From positions 1,240,001 to 1,304,000 of the forward strand of contig OZ076409.1 in assembly GCA_964187785.1 (NCBI GenBank): a stretch of DNA of 64,000 nt. Reading direction: 5' to 3'. This document shows, in pieces, positions 48,401 through 61,415 of the stretch. The DNA comes from Amphiscolops sp. MND2022. Its lineage: Eukaryota. The notes under the pieces were generated by a model. That model made no database searches. It saw nothing but the letters and a program-made list of their open reading frames with translations, and was not told the DNA's origin. A program made the position numbers and the translations under genes. Numbering within the stretch: position 1 is the stretch's first letter; every line of letters starts with the position of its first letter.

Positions 48401-49794
48401 CAGAGGGCCACATTGTAAATGTCCAAGAAATCAGGGAAGACGTTTTTATCCAACCTATGGTAATTACCGTCAGAAAAGACCGCAGTGTAAAAACAATACT
48501 AGTTGCAAGAAAAACAAAAACGTTGTAAACGATAAGTACTCGATGCCAAACTTGGATAACTTCGTGGAAATGATCGCGGAACATGTAGAAACAGAATCAT
48601 GTAAATCATGCTTCACCACATTAGACATGACGTATGCGTATGGACATGTAGAACTGAGTGAACAGACGTCGAAGCACTGTAACGTCCAAATATTCGGAGG
48701 CAAGGTGAGGGGATTTACAGATTTGTAACCGAATATTACAGCCTCACCACCATGCCATTCGGATTTCAATGAATCATGGACCTTACCCTGGCAAGTATTT
48801 CAAACACTTTTGCATTCATAGGCGATATTTTAATTTTCACCAATGGAACCGAAGAAGATTGTATCACAAAGGGGAAAGAAGTATTGGAAAGACTGGACGA
48901 AACGAACATTAATCTAAAATTGGACAAATGTACGTTGACGGTGAATAGCATCGAGCGGCGAATAGCATCGAGCGGCGAATAGCATCGTCCTTTCGAATAC
49001 GCACCGATCTGGAAACAATCTTGACTTGTGTTTTGTCAGAATTTTTGCTGTATCTTTCTCCTTGCATTCCATCTACTATTCTCACCATGTTTGTACGTGT
49101 TTCATATTTGATAAATTCAAACATTTCAGTGTGTAGATTCCAGTTTAAGTTTTGGAACTTTCCTTTTCTTAAAAGTAATATGAACCTGTACAGATTTTCT
49201 GGAATATCAAAACAAGTCGAGAACTTGGGAAAAAACTTCCTGTTGAAAAAACGAAAAAGATATTTGTTTTTACACAACAAAATGGTCACTGTTGGTTGAA
49301 GGAGCCCCTACACTCATCTGTTGATCATCGTGTTGTGCACCTGGGTGCCACTGCTATCCACTTGGTTGATGAGCAAGTCGTTCCCTCAAAACGAGTCTCA
49401 GTCAACCCTCTGTGATTCAATTGGGGTTGATGATGCAATGTTCAAACAGTTTAGTCGACTCATTTTCCTGCTTTTCGTGCTCACACCGAGACTGTATATA
49501 ATAATACTGATGCCCTTGAAGAACAAACGTATCAATGACAGGGTGATCCAACGCTTCAATCAAATTGCTTGGGTCGAACAAAGCATCTGCTTTTTCCCAG
49601 CGATTGCCATTGTAATAATTCACGGCTTTTTGGGCCCTGACAATGAAGATGCGTGGCAAAAACTCAATTCCAGACACCTCTTCACTTCAATTCTTGGGAC
49701 AACGAGCAGTGCGCTGAGCGTGGCTTTGATATCACCTACTGCTGCAAAACTTGATGGCTTCTTCCAAAAAATCATGGCTGCTATAGAAGCCTAG
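45459..49794 (+). CDS. Probable two-exon host gene, 281-aa multi-pass membrane (7TM receptor-like) protein
   Basis: Exons 45459-45811 and 49302-49794; intron 45812-49301 GT..AG with matching phase 2. About 7 hydrophobic segments, with Cys before putative TM3 (CNFRKW) and in the loop after TM4. Confidence 0.55.
46314..48945 (+). pseudogene. Decayed Gypsy gag-pol remnant inside the host-gene intron
   Basis: MIDSGAPV (protease), FIQPMVITVRKDRSVK, TTLDMTYAYG, AFIGDILI (RT); stops and frameshifts. Confidence 0.8.
47370..47939 (-). mobile_element. HINE-like element, family A, inserted in the Gypsy protease region
   Basis: caagccgggaccggcccaagtcggcgcc...gcgccgactaaaa; perfect hairpin gccgg-ga-ccggc. 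Confidence 0.8.
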
Positions 49795-50859
49795 GTTATT
49801 TTTTTCTCAATTTTGAACGAAAGTTCACCAGCTAGCTATAGACGTTTTATTCAAAAACCACTCAATAGTCATTGGAACTCAACATTCGCAAAAAACAGCA
49901 TTTGAAAAAAGCGTTCAAAAAAGGCTTATAAGTAGCCTTTTAGTAGTAACTATAGTGAAAACGTGTACTTTTCAGAGTTACAAAGACTATTGTCGGTCAG
50001 ATGTTTATCTTCTATTTTTTTTTACGAATTCTTGGCTTGGCTTTTCATTTCGGCTCGAGAAAACCACGTAATTGATTGATTAAACTTCTAAGTAGTAGTT
50101 AGAGTTCGGATGGCATCTTATAACAGGGTTCTTACCAGGGACAGCAATTCACAGCTATGGCAGTAAAAAGCAGTGAACAGCGGCGGAATTGTTGGCTAAC
50201 AGTAGCGATAATTTTAACAGGGCAGTGGTTGACATCAATGGGAAAACGAGTTTTATTCAGGGATCAAACTGAAAATATTGTTTCCTGCTCAAGTGTGTCG
50301 AATCAAAATTCGGCAAAATGCATCGAAAGTTTTCATTCCAGCTATAAACGAATTTGTGAAATTTTGAGAAACATCTCCAAATCTTTGAAAAAAAACAACT
50401 ATTTCACTATTTAAATTTGATGAATAATTAAATTTGATTCAAATAAATGATCCAAATTGAATAAAAAAGTGAATCAAAGTAAGTTTCACCCTAAAATTTA
50501 GAGATGCGCAGTGAAAAGCAAATTTTTCAGAAGAGAGCCGCAGTGAATTGCGGTCCCTGGTTCTTACCGAAATGGTCTGTTGTCTCATTGGCGGCTAAGA
50601 GCTCTGTTGCTCTTACATAACATGTTCTCAATTAGCCATTTGACAGCTCAGCAAAAGCTAGTTGAAACGCTGCAGTCGTGAAATTTTCGGAGAAAAATTA
50701 AAACTACCCAGGATACGAAAAAACTATTGTTGGGAAGAAATGTTTTTCAATTTTATTCAATAATTGTTGTCGCAACTCTCTTACAGTGATAGATATGGAC
50801 TCGCAATGGAATCGACAATTCGAGAGGGCATGAAAGGGAAAGTAGCACCGTACATTCTA

Positions 50860-51395
50860 TTTTTGGTCGGCGCCTTTTCCCTTAAGGAAAAAGCCCGACT
50901 ATTACAGTGGGTAGTTTTTTTCTTTTTCAGTTGACAATCTTTTCTTACAACCTTTGTTCATTTGTTCACATTTGTTCAACTAATTGTCTGAGAAGCAGGA
51001 GATCGTGGGTTCGATTCTTGCACTAAACCACAATTTTTTTATGCTTCCAAAAGTAGATGCGAGACCAAAGGTATTTTTGGTTTCGTTTTTTTTGTTTGGT
51101 TTTTTTTCGGCACTATGCGACTTTTTTTCGAAAATTTTCGGGTTCTATCAAAGGGTACCCCCTTGCATTTTTTTGAAGTTTTCGGTTTGTAAAAACGTTT
51201 AATGAGCCTGAATGGCCTCTTTTTGAGTTTTTCGGCATTGTGCGACTTAAAAAATTACTTTTTTCGAAAAAATTTTTTTCAAAAATAATTTTTTTGAAAA
51301 AAAAATTAATTTTTTGCAAATGTTTCCAATAGTTGTTCCTTGAATATTTTTGAGCCTAAGATATGGCGCCGACTTGGGACGTTCTCGTCTTGTTT
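50860..51395 (+). mobile_element. HINE-like element, family A
   Basis: ttttggtcggcgcc...gcgccgacttgggacgttctcgtcttgtt; internal ggttcgattc. Confidence 0.75.
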
Positions 51396-54378
51396 CGAAT
51401 AACAGCAGTGAGTTTTTCTATTTCTTTAATTCAAGAGGGCTGAATCGTAGTTATAAGAAGCCATATGGGCTTTAAGTAAGATAGAGAATGAAAGTGGGAT
51501 GGCTACAAATGCCCTCGGAGGAGCGGGCTCATACTACCTCGGGTATCTTACTACCATGCTGTAAGTACTACTTATTTGAACTAAACGCCAAGATGGTTTT
51601 TGAGCAAAGTAGATAACTTTTGACGATTCTGATTTGTTCCTCTACTGTGTTGAGCCACAAAAGGCTTCAGCCAGACTGTGGGCCCAGAAAAAAAAATGTT
51701 GTTTCAGAAACAAGAGCCGGTGACGCTGACAAAAAAACATCTTCAACCTTTAGCTGTGATATCGTGGATTGGATCTCTGACCAAAAATGCTTCAATATTA
51801 CCCCCTACTGGTCATTTCCAACCTGAACAATGGTTCTCTTCAATCATAAGATTGTCTTAAAAAGTTTAAGTGTTGTTCTAGGCCTAATTTTTTCAAAGCG
51901 TTTACAAAATTGAATTCATAATAACGTTTATTGAAGTGCCAAACCTTTTTTTCTCAACTCAAACTGCGTCATTCATTCAATCAAAATTTTCGTAGCTGCT
52001 GTATAGCAGCAAAAAATTATCGATCATGTTAAAAGCCGAAATTGTTGATTGGGAACAGAATTAAAAGTTTTGCAAAACTGTTTTCGACAGATATTTTTTG
52101 GATCATATTTCGATTCGCTAGAGAAGAATCCGTGATCCCAATATAACTGAATGCTGTGGCTCAAAACTCCAGAGTTCTTTGAAACACAGAAACAATTTTC
52201 TTGTGCTTTTTTCTATTCAAAAATCAACAGAATTGAAATCCAAGTTGAATACAGACTTTTCCGCTGACTGTATGAAGTCTTAAAATATTGCAAAATATTG
52301 AAATTCCGTAACAACGGATTCTGAAAGAAACATTGGAATCATACGCTTCAGTTTTCATGAAAGGCATCAAAATGAATTTTTTGAGATATTTTTCATCACA
52401 GGGACGTTGAAATTAAAAGTGATAGCAGCTGTTTAGTTACAATAGCTTCGCTATGGAGATTGCATATGTTCCGAATGCACTTTCAATACTTGAATACACT
52501 TTCAATACTTTGAATTGAGTATTTTTTACTCGGAACTAATTTTCCGCCAAATTTTGTTGACTATTTTTTTAAGATTGTTTTCCATACCAGGACTAATGTT
52601 TTGAAATAGAATTTTGTATTTGTAGTTGTCGGAAATGTAGTTTTCGATTAATGATGAAATTGTGTTTTTCAATCAAAACAAATTTGCTGGAGTTCCACTA
52701 ATCACACCTGGTCCATTGTTCGTTCCATTTTATGTGTACCAGCGACTGATTCGCGACAATCATCTACTTTTATAGCGTTCCCCTCTTTGTGTCATTGGAA
52801 ATAACTGTTTCTACCCCTAAGTACGCCTATTAGTAAAATGAACAGTGAACCTCATTAGATATTTCGACAAACTTCACTTTCAAAAACTCAGAGTCAAAAG
52901 CAGTAGTAAATGGTGTAAAACAGTCAAATTTATTAAAGTGGAGTTTCTCTAATTGCGTAATGGGTGAATTAGTCAATGTTTGAATAAATTTCACGTTTTA
53001 TGACTATTCATATTGAAAACTACCGAAAAGTGTAAATTCGAAAGTGTCAAAATTTGACTGTTTACGCTAAATTAATAGCTACTTCAAACACATGAATCTA
53101 TTTTGAATAGTTGCTTGAAGTTTATTTACTTTGACTAAATTACACCTTAACTTTGACTCAACACTCACACATACAGACATACAGTAAACTTTACATTGGA
53201 AAACACTTGCAAACACATTCAATTATACCTTTAATGATTTGAACTAGTGAACATTTGGTGGAATTTTTACTCCGGGAAACAGTGTGAACCAGTCAATTAG
53301 TGAATTCTAGTCATTCAGTGTAACTATCATTTGGTGTAATATGAGAAAAGGTGTAAACCTGTGTTCATCATAATAACTCACTGTGATTGGTTATTAATGC
53401 AATTGGTTATTAATGCAAGATCTGGGAGGTTGCTTGCGGGGCTATGTATCGTAATGTAATTGACTTTTGATTGATCTCAGATCGTAGGTACGCTTAGCCA
53501 AGCTAGACCGTAAACCCTCGGAACTGCTGACATTGTAATTGCTTGAATAGCAATGGTTTTCGATGTTTCTTGATTCCTAATGTCTCTGTTTACACCAAGT
53601 TCTTCTCAGGTCTAAAAAACACGCCTGGTACGACTCTTAGAATCAAGGGCGCAAAATTAGAAGAGTAGAAATACTCATTTCGCTTCCTAATTGGATATAT
53701 TTATTTGATGGATGTTTTTTGAAGTACCTGGATGAGTCCAAAAGAAAAAAGTGCACCCGATCTGTATCAATCGTATCCCGGCTAACGCAGGAAAATTAAT
53801 TTCATTCCGAAAACACTGGGAATGAGATGAAGCAAGGTTCAAATCTGCCTGATTCTGAGGAACTGAACAAATTGGTAATGGAGGTAAAGTCACTGTACCA
53901 ATTTATACCGCCTTTAAATCTCGGACGAAAGCAAAATAACTACTAAGCGTAGACGAAGTTTCGCATTCGCATTTGAATGCAGGCGAAGCTCTCGGCGATC
54001 AACTAATTAACACTCATTCGCTACATATCATGAACTCGACGTACGAACAATTAACACTCGTTCGCTTGATCTTAATAACTTGGCGTACGAAAACATAAAA
54101 ACCACTCGCTTGCTTCATCGCAGGAAATTTAAATTGCCGTCGGCAGCTGGGGAATTTTACTTCTCACGCGTAACACTCACTGCCGAACAAATTATTTGAA
54201 TTTTCAATGTCACAAAACTTGTAATGAAAGAAAAGCTGAATTATTGAGATTTCAAGAAAATTCCTGCTATCACAGAAATGATAATAAAGTAGCAATAGAA
54301 TTCGAAAAACAAACAGCCAGAATGTAAAATCAATGTGTTCATTGTTTCTCGAAGTTGTTTTGATTATATCACTAATAC

Positions 54379-54660
54379 GAGAGCCGCATGTGCAGAAGAG
54401 GAGTCGGCTTAGGTCTTTTTACTTCTGACTCGCTCAAATCCCAGTCTTACGATGTTGACGCTTTTGCACAAATATGACTATAATATGGTGTTGAATGACT
54501 GTGCAAAACTTCGTTCGAATCGTATGGAGAGATTTTGAGAATATTGAAAAAAGTCGAGAAATGGCTGTTTTTTTAACTTTGGGTTAATTTTAACTATGTT
54601 TCTCGCATCCCAGTCATACAATTTTGAGTCAATTATAAGGCTCTTTTATGGTGTAGAACG
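54379..54660. mobile_element. Partial dispersed repeat, family B (HINE-like)
   Basis: agagccgcat.tgc..aag.ggagtcggcttaggtcttt shared with 56042 onward. Confidence 0.6.
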
Positions 54661-56041
54661 TTGGTTCATAACTCATTGAAAACTTAGTTTGATCTTATGT
54701 CTTCAGCCTTCAAATGTTTTTCATACTAAACTCAAGCTCAAGTACTCCGTAAAAAAACCTTTTATGCCGACGAAAGAACATTTAAAAGTTGAATACTCAG
54801 AAGGAAATAAATAGTAAACGTTGTTAAACAATAACTAGATCGAAACTGTCGGTCAAAAATTACCCTGACTTTTTAAACATTGCACCAATGTGAACCGAAC
54901 TTGAGCAGTTGACTGAACCGATTTAGGTCGTTCTCCTCCTTGAGTTCAACAGGCTCCTCAAAAAGTAAGTACAGCTTCTAGAACAAAACACTTCAGAACA
55001 AACCCTCACTTCTCAGATATACAGATATATAATTTTTTCAAAAAATCGGTTGATTGTAATGCCATGATACGTTACTTCAAATATTTCATAGACTTGACAT
55101 TTATGTAAAATAACATCTTGACAACTGACATCTTATTCACGAAGTTGATGTGTTGTTAGTTTGTAATCCACTAATCTACCTAGCGATGCTTCTATTATCC
55201 AAGTAGTCTAAAATAGCCTATTTAGTGATGATTCTATTATTCTAGTAATCTGATTTTGTAATTTCTTGATGATTATTCAATCTGAATAGTGACAGTTCAA
55301 TTATTCATGTATACTCTATAATTATATAATCGGAAATAACTGCGAATGTTTAATCGATTGCTTTTTTCTCGAACTGAGCGAAGACAAGAAAGACTAGTTC
55401 CATCTCAAAATCTTAGCTGAGTATTCAGATGATCGATCCTATCTTAGACAACGGGTCTCGCTTAAAACTGAATAGTTTCTGATGTACATTCTAGACCTAG
55501 TAAGATCGACAATACCAAGACTTTTAAGCAGTACAGCAGTTTCTCATCCACTTCCCGGCATCTGAATCCGGATTTTCTCCAACTCCTGTTTGAATTCCTT
55601 CCTCATTGGCCGCTAATAATCAATGAAGTTCAAATTAACACCGTTCTCAAGAGTACAGCCTTGATTTAAAAGACGTCAGTTTGAAGGCATGATAAAATGG
55701 GACTTAGAATATTCAACGACTATATTATCGTGGAATTCATGTGTTTTTTATTAGTTAACTTAAAAAGCATCTATTTTTTCTCACGTCTCCCAGTTTTGAT
55801 TCATGGCACAACTAACAATTTGAAGTCACATCAGAATAACCGCCATTTTTTGGGTTCGCGAACTGATCAAAAAATACCACAAATTATGAGTTTTGTTAAT
55901 GAGAGAGTAAAAGTGAATCGTCTCTCGAAAAAAAATTGATACGAGGTGGAAAATTACATACAAATGTTTCACATCAAGACAACAAAAGCAGTTCATCAAT
56001 CTTGTTTGACGCAGAATAGCTTTGTATAGAGTAGAAGAACC

Positions 56042-56795
56042 AGAGCCGCATATGCGGTAAAAGAGTCGGCTTAGGTCTTTTTCCTTCTGCCTCGCTCGAA
56101 TCCCAGTCATACGAAGTTATTGAAATTGTACACACAGGACCATATTATGGTGTAGAAAATGACTGTAGAAAATTTCGTTCGAATCGTATGGACAGTTTCT
56201 GCGAAAATTTAAAAAAAAATCGAACAATGACTGTTTTTGGGTTAATTTTGGCTGTTTCTCACGTCCCAGCCATACGAATTTGATGAAATTGCACACAAAT
56301 GACCACAATATGTAAAATGACTGTAGAAAGTTTCGTTTGAATCCTATGGAGTTTTTGAGAACATCGAAAAAAGTCAAATGTTTTGGCTAATTCTGGCTAT
56401 TTCCCTCACATTTCAGTCATACGATTTTCACGCCTTTGCGCATACAGGGTGTAATGAGTGTAATGAGTAATCATGCGAGGAGAAATGAATTTGTAATCAC
56501 GGTTCAAATCAACATTCTATGAGTAACGTCATTAAGTCATAGACTTCTGTTTTGCTGAGTTTGAAGGTTGCGAATAAAATCGGGAGTGGTGAGCATTCAA
56601 CATCAACTCCATCACAATTGAGCCATCCGATCAGGACGGGGGTAGCACCAATCGCTTTGGGTGTAGAATGACTGTGCAAAATTTTACGAAAATCGTATGG
56701 ACAGTTTTTGAGAAATTGGATAATTTCATGAAAGGTCGGGAGAAAAAAAGACACGATTGCATAAGTAGCCGAAAAGTTTTTGCGACTCCTAAAAA
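56042..56795. mobile_element. Dispersed repeat, family B (HINE-like), with internal sub-repeats and a ~200-bp foreign insert
   Basis: Terminal hairpin ccgcatatgcgg, subterminal gagtcg / cgactc..aaaa, repeated cccagtcatacg...gaatcgtatgga units. Confidence 0.6.
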
Positions 56796-59700
56796 CGTTT
56801 GTTTTGTCGTCATTTTTCAGGTTCACATAAATTTTTAGTCAGGTGTTTACTTTTGAAATCAAATGTAGTTATAAATGGTCATTACTCAAGTCATATGATA
56901 CTCCAACTCACAACTGAAAAACAAAAGCGCAAATACTTTGAACGATAGTGTTTTGGAAACAGAAATTTTACACTCAGTTGCCAACACCAAACAGCTCAAA
57001 ATATGCTCTAAAGATCTTATTGTAGTATTTTTTTCTTTCCAATATCATGCTAAGTAGCTTCATGAAAGGAAACCTCGAACATTTATCTGAAAATGATCGT
57101 AACAATTACAAAATGAATGGCAAATATTATAAACGAAGCTCGATCAGAAAATATCATTTTCTAATTTTTTCAATTTAGCAAATTAATTGCGGCACAGTTT
57201 GATCGACTGTAATTGATTTCCTTGTGACTTCTACTCTTATATCTTCAGAAAAGAGACTTTCAAAATTCAGAGTACCTTTAAAGGTAGTTGTTCGCAGTTG
57301 CAACTAGCTACTGCTAATTGAAATTCGCGGAGAGCTTTTATAAACGAAGATTGAATTGAATATTGTGAAAACAGTCAGTCTTCACTTGAATTGAGTAAAA
57401 AAGTCATGAAATATAACTCAGAAGTGTGACAAGATTAGTCAGCATGTTTAGTAATTATTTGTCCAAATTTGATTGGCTATATGACTTTTTTCGTCGTTAA
57501 ATACATGAATAAACGAATTGATCAGCTTCAACTTTCCGCTCCCCTTGAAGCACTAGAGCTTCCATGTTTTCTGGATGCAATGAAGTATAGTCCTTTCAAC
57601 CATTAATAAGAATATCGAATCGATTATTAAATGGAACTGCAAAGAGTGAGACACTGATAAAATGAGTCATATCAAAATGTTTTCAACTTGAGAATAAAGT
57701 CGAAGAGAGAGAGAGATGTAATGTAATGAGTAATCATGCGAAGAGAAATGAATTTGTAATCACGCTTCCAATCAACCTTCTATGAGTAACGTCATTAAGT
57801 CATTGACTTGTTTTGCTGAAAGTTTGAAGGTTGCGGATAAAATCGAGTGGTGAGCATTCAACATCAACTCCATCAGAATTGAGCCATCCGATCAGGACGG
57901 GGGTAGCACCAATCGCTTCAGCTGATCAGTGCCGAGACTTGTACATACCGGATTTTTGATATCGATTCTAGAAAAACTTTTATGGACTGTCGAAGTTTGA
58001 AAAACGAGGGAAAACACTTTTTTTTATAAAATTGTATTAATATGTTCAATTTCGCTTGGAGAAGTTGAAGTCGACATTGTTGTCTAAACAGAAACTGAAG
58101 CAGGCACAGGCGTATCAATGGGCAGTTTGACAATTTAGGTACAGGCCTGTTAAATGTCCCAGATGTTTTAACATTTGCAGCTCTGCAAATCTTGTCGTTT
58201 CCGTAGTATAATTTTTCAATTCGTGCCATCTGCCATCTCAAGGGTGGTAACTTGTCTTCAGCGATTAGAGCCAGATCACCTTCCGCGAAGTTGGGTCCCG
58301 AGACAAACCATCATTTTCTAAGTTGCAGTTTACTAAGCAATCTCTATACCATGCTTTCCAGAAATCGTTTCTGATTCGTTCGAGCAACTTGAATCGTTGT
58401 GGTAATGATATTGATTTTTTTCGATATATCTATACTGGGAAGGTAAAATGTAGGTCTGCCAAGTAAGAAATGAGCTGGCGTTATCGGTTGCAAGTCATTT
58501 GGGTCGTTCGTTATAGCTGAAAGGGGTCTTGAATTCAACATTGATTCAATTTCTATGAACAATGTGTTCAATTCTCCAAATGAAAGAATGCGTAGTCCAA
58601 CTATTCGTCTCAGATGGCGCTTCATGCTCTTCAAAGATTTCCACAGCCCCCGAAATGAGGAGAGCGCAGTGGTATGGTTTCCCATTCGATTCCTTGATGA
58701 GCCATGAAGTTACCTACTGATCTGTCATTAGTTTCCTTCGCGAGAAGTTGCTGGACCTTGATCATGTCGTTTCTGGCCCCGATTAAGTTACGTCCATTGT
58801 CAGTCACAACCTTTTTGGGCCATCCGCGACGCGAAATGAACTGTCTAAATACTGAAATACAGATCTTCGACTAATTCAATATGGACTACTTTTATTACAA
58901 AACAGACGAAAACTGCGATATGTTTTCTGATTGGACTTCGTGAAGATTGGACCTGCTAGATCAAGTCCCCAGGTTTGAAAAGGTTTGGCTGCAGTGATTG
59001 GTTCTGCTGGAAGGTCTGCCATCAACTGATTTGGTACCTGTTTCAAATCGGCTGCAAGTGACGCACTGTTTGATGAACTTTCTCGCTAAATTTTTTCCAT
59101 TTGGTAACTACTCTTCTCAGCTTGAATTTAAGGCCAGCCTCCCCCACCATAAAGGGTAGCTTCATGAAAATGCTGCAAGATCAATAATGATGCTTGTTCA
59201 GAATCTATTTCGAGCAAGAAAGGAAAATTCTTGCTTTCTCTGAAGTTTCCTTGAGACAATCTGCCTTCAACTCGTAGCTTTTTGGTTTCTTCATCGGAAA
59301 ATGGTGAAAGATCCAGCAGTTTGTTGGTTCAGGGTAACGCCGATGCATGTCGCAAAAAGCTTATTTCGTTCTTAAACGAGTCTTCCTGATGCTGTCTAGC
59401 TATTTCAATTTTGACTTGAATAAGCTCGTGAGCCTTAATGTTTCGGATTCGATTGCTTCATGAAGGTTCCTATTGCCATCTTCACTGTTGCAACCACACG
59501 ACTTAGTTTGATAAAAGAAAAATATCGACTGCAGTCGAACAGTGGAGGTTTTTGAATACCGATTGCACTTGTTATTTTATGGTTTGATCGTGAAGGTTTG
59601 TGCGTTTTTGACTGTCTTTTCTCGGTTACTTCTACAGCTGGTGGGTTTATTTGAGGCCATTCGTTTTCAAGTTTCGACAACCAAATTGGTCCATGCTACC

Positions 59701-60928
59701 AAAATCCTGATTGTTTGAGACTCTCCATGGTCGTTCCACGAGATGAATAATCAGCTGGGTTGCTCGCGGATGTGACATGACGCCTTTGTGATTTCGGAAG
59801 AACCTGCTGAACCTCGCACACTCTGTTCGCGACAAAGGTAGTCCAAGTTCTCGGCAACTATGCAAGCCATTGTAAAACGATGGTAGAATCGGTCCATGCA
59901 GTGGCTTCAACGTTGGTATAACTGGTGAGTTAGAAAACATCACGAATTTTGGTGAGTAATTTGGTTCCCAAGTGAGCTGCACATAGCTCAAGTCGTGGAA
60001 GTGAAAGTTTTGATAGGCGCGACTCTGTTTTTTCCTGCTACAACATTGACAGCAATGAATCCAATGGAATTGACGAATCTGGCATATAAAACGGCTGCTT
60101 ACGCCAATTCGGATGCATATGTGAACAAATGGAATTGAATTGATTTCATTGCGTTAGGCGGTAGAATACATCTTGGGTGATTGATTCCCCAGCTTGAGAT
60201 TGAATCAGCTTTGATTGCTATCCATCCCTCCAACTGTCTTGCGACAACTGTTCATCCTAGTCTACGCGTCTCGTCCGAGTTTTTGTAGCAGTATTCCGAA
60301 TTTGATGATAATCGGACCAAAACATCCAACAGGATCGAACAGTTTGGCTGTATCTGACAGTTGGTTTTTTGTGAATGATCCACTGTTGTCAAAAGTGGAG
60401 AAAAACTGGAAATGATCACCATTGGGCTTCCAAGCTAATCCAAAAGTCTTTATTTTGTAGACTTGGTCCAAAAAATTGGCTTCTGAACTTTTTCGCTATT
60501 TTTCAGGAAGCGATGAGATCAACTCACTGTGACTTGAAGCCCATTTCCTCAGTTCGAATCCAAAGTTGCTAACTTCTTGGCAAAGGAGTACAATTCGTTC
60601 TTTTGCCGCTCCTATTGAGTCCATTCCTGGCAGATAATCGTCCACGTAGAAGTCGTTTTTCATTGTAAATGCTAGTTCCTCGACGGAGCATCGATTACTA
60701 ACTTCCACAGAGGCCAGTACTGAATGGTAAGCTGCTGAAACGATGCCGTAGATGACTCTCGTCATAGGAAATGGCTGAATGGGTGATGTGTTCAGTGATG
60801 TGCCGTTGTCTGATTTTAAGGAACCGTCGAAAACAACTAGCAATTTGGTTGTGGTTGATTCAACTTTCTGAACGCAGTGTTGTGGAAGAAGGTTGATTTC
60901 TTCGTTAGGTTTGTGAATGTCATCAATG

Positions 60929-61415
60929 AAGTTCGAACGCATATGTTCGAATTTTAATTTCGAATGGACTAAGTTCGAAATTTCCAAAAACCGGAACAAG
61001 TTCGAATCACTGTGTTCTAATTTTGAACAAACCGCCGTAAGTATAAAACGTGCCTCTGATATTTCCCCATTTCATCTAGTGCCCCGCTGCCCCTTGGGAC
61101 CGCTTATGATCTCATCTTGCTAAGAGGTCGAACAGGAGCAAAGATCTAGCGGGAACGGAGATGGCGAAGCGATCGTAGTGGGAGCTGGTCCTCGTGATGG
61201 TAAGGGCGAGCGTGCATGCACCGGATTTGCCCCACATAAGAAAAAGAAAGTACTGAAAATTTTCTGAGACATTTACGAAAGGTAATAATTTGTTCTTGAC
61301 ACACCGGAAATGCCCGATATGAAAAATTTGAACTTGGTGTCTCGGAACTATTCCATTCCAACTTATTCCACTAGTTCAAATTCGAACTAAGTAAATCGAA
61401 CTTCTTGCCCGAAGC
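60929..61415. mobile_element. MITE-like DNA element inserted into BEL pol
   Basis: Interrupts EPVPID|DIHKPNEE; CATCAATG duplicated at 60921-60928 and 61416-61423; partial TIR aagttcga / tcgaactt with gttcgaa sub-repeats. Confidence 0.75.

Noticed and set aside
48943..48988. 17-bp tandem repeat gaatagcatcgagcggc
   Set aside because: About 2.6 copies at a TE truncation junction; an ordinary slippage or repair duplication.
49194..49299. Longer second exon of the 7TM-like gene, with TGA read as selenocysteine
   Set aside because: An in-phase acceptor at 49301 bypasses the TGA; there is no evidence for recoding.
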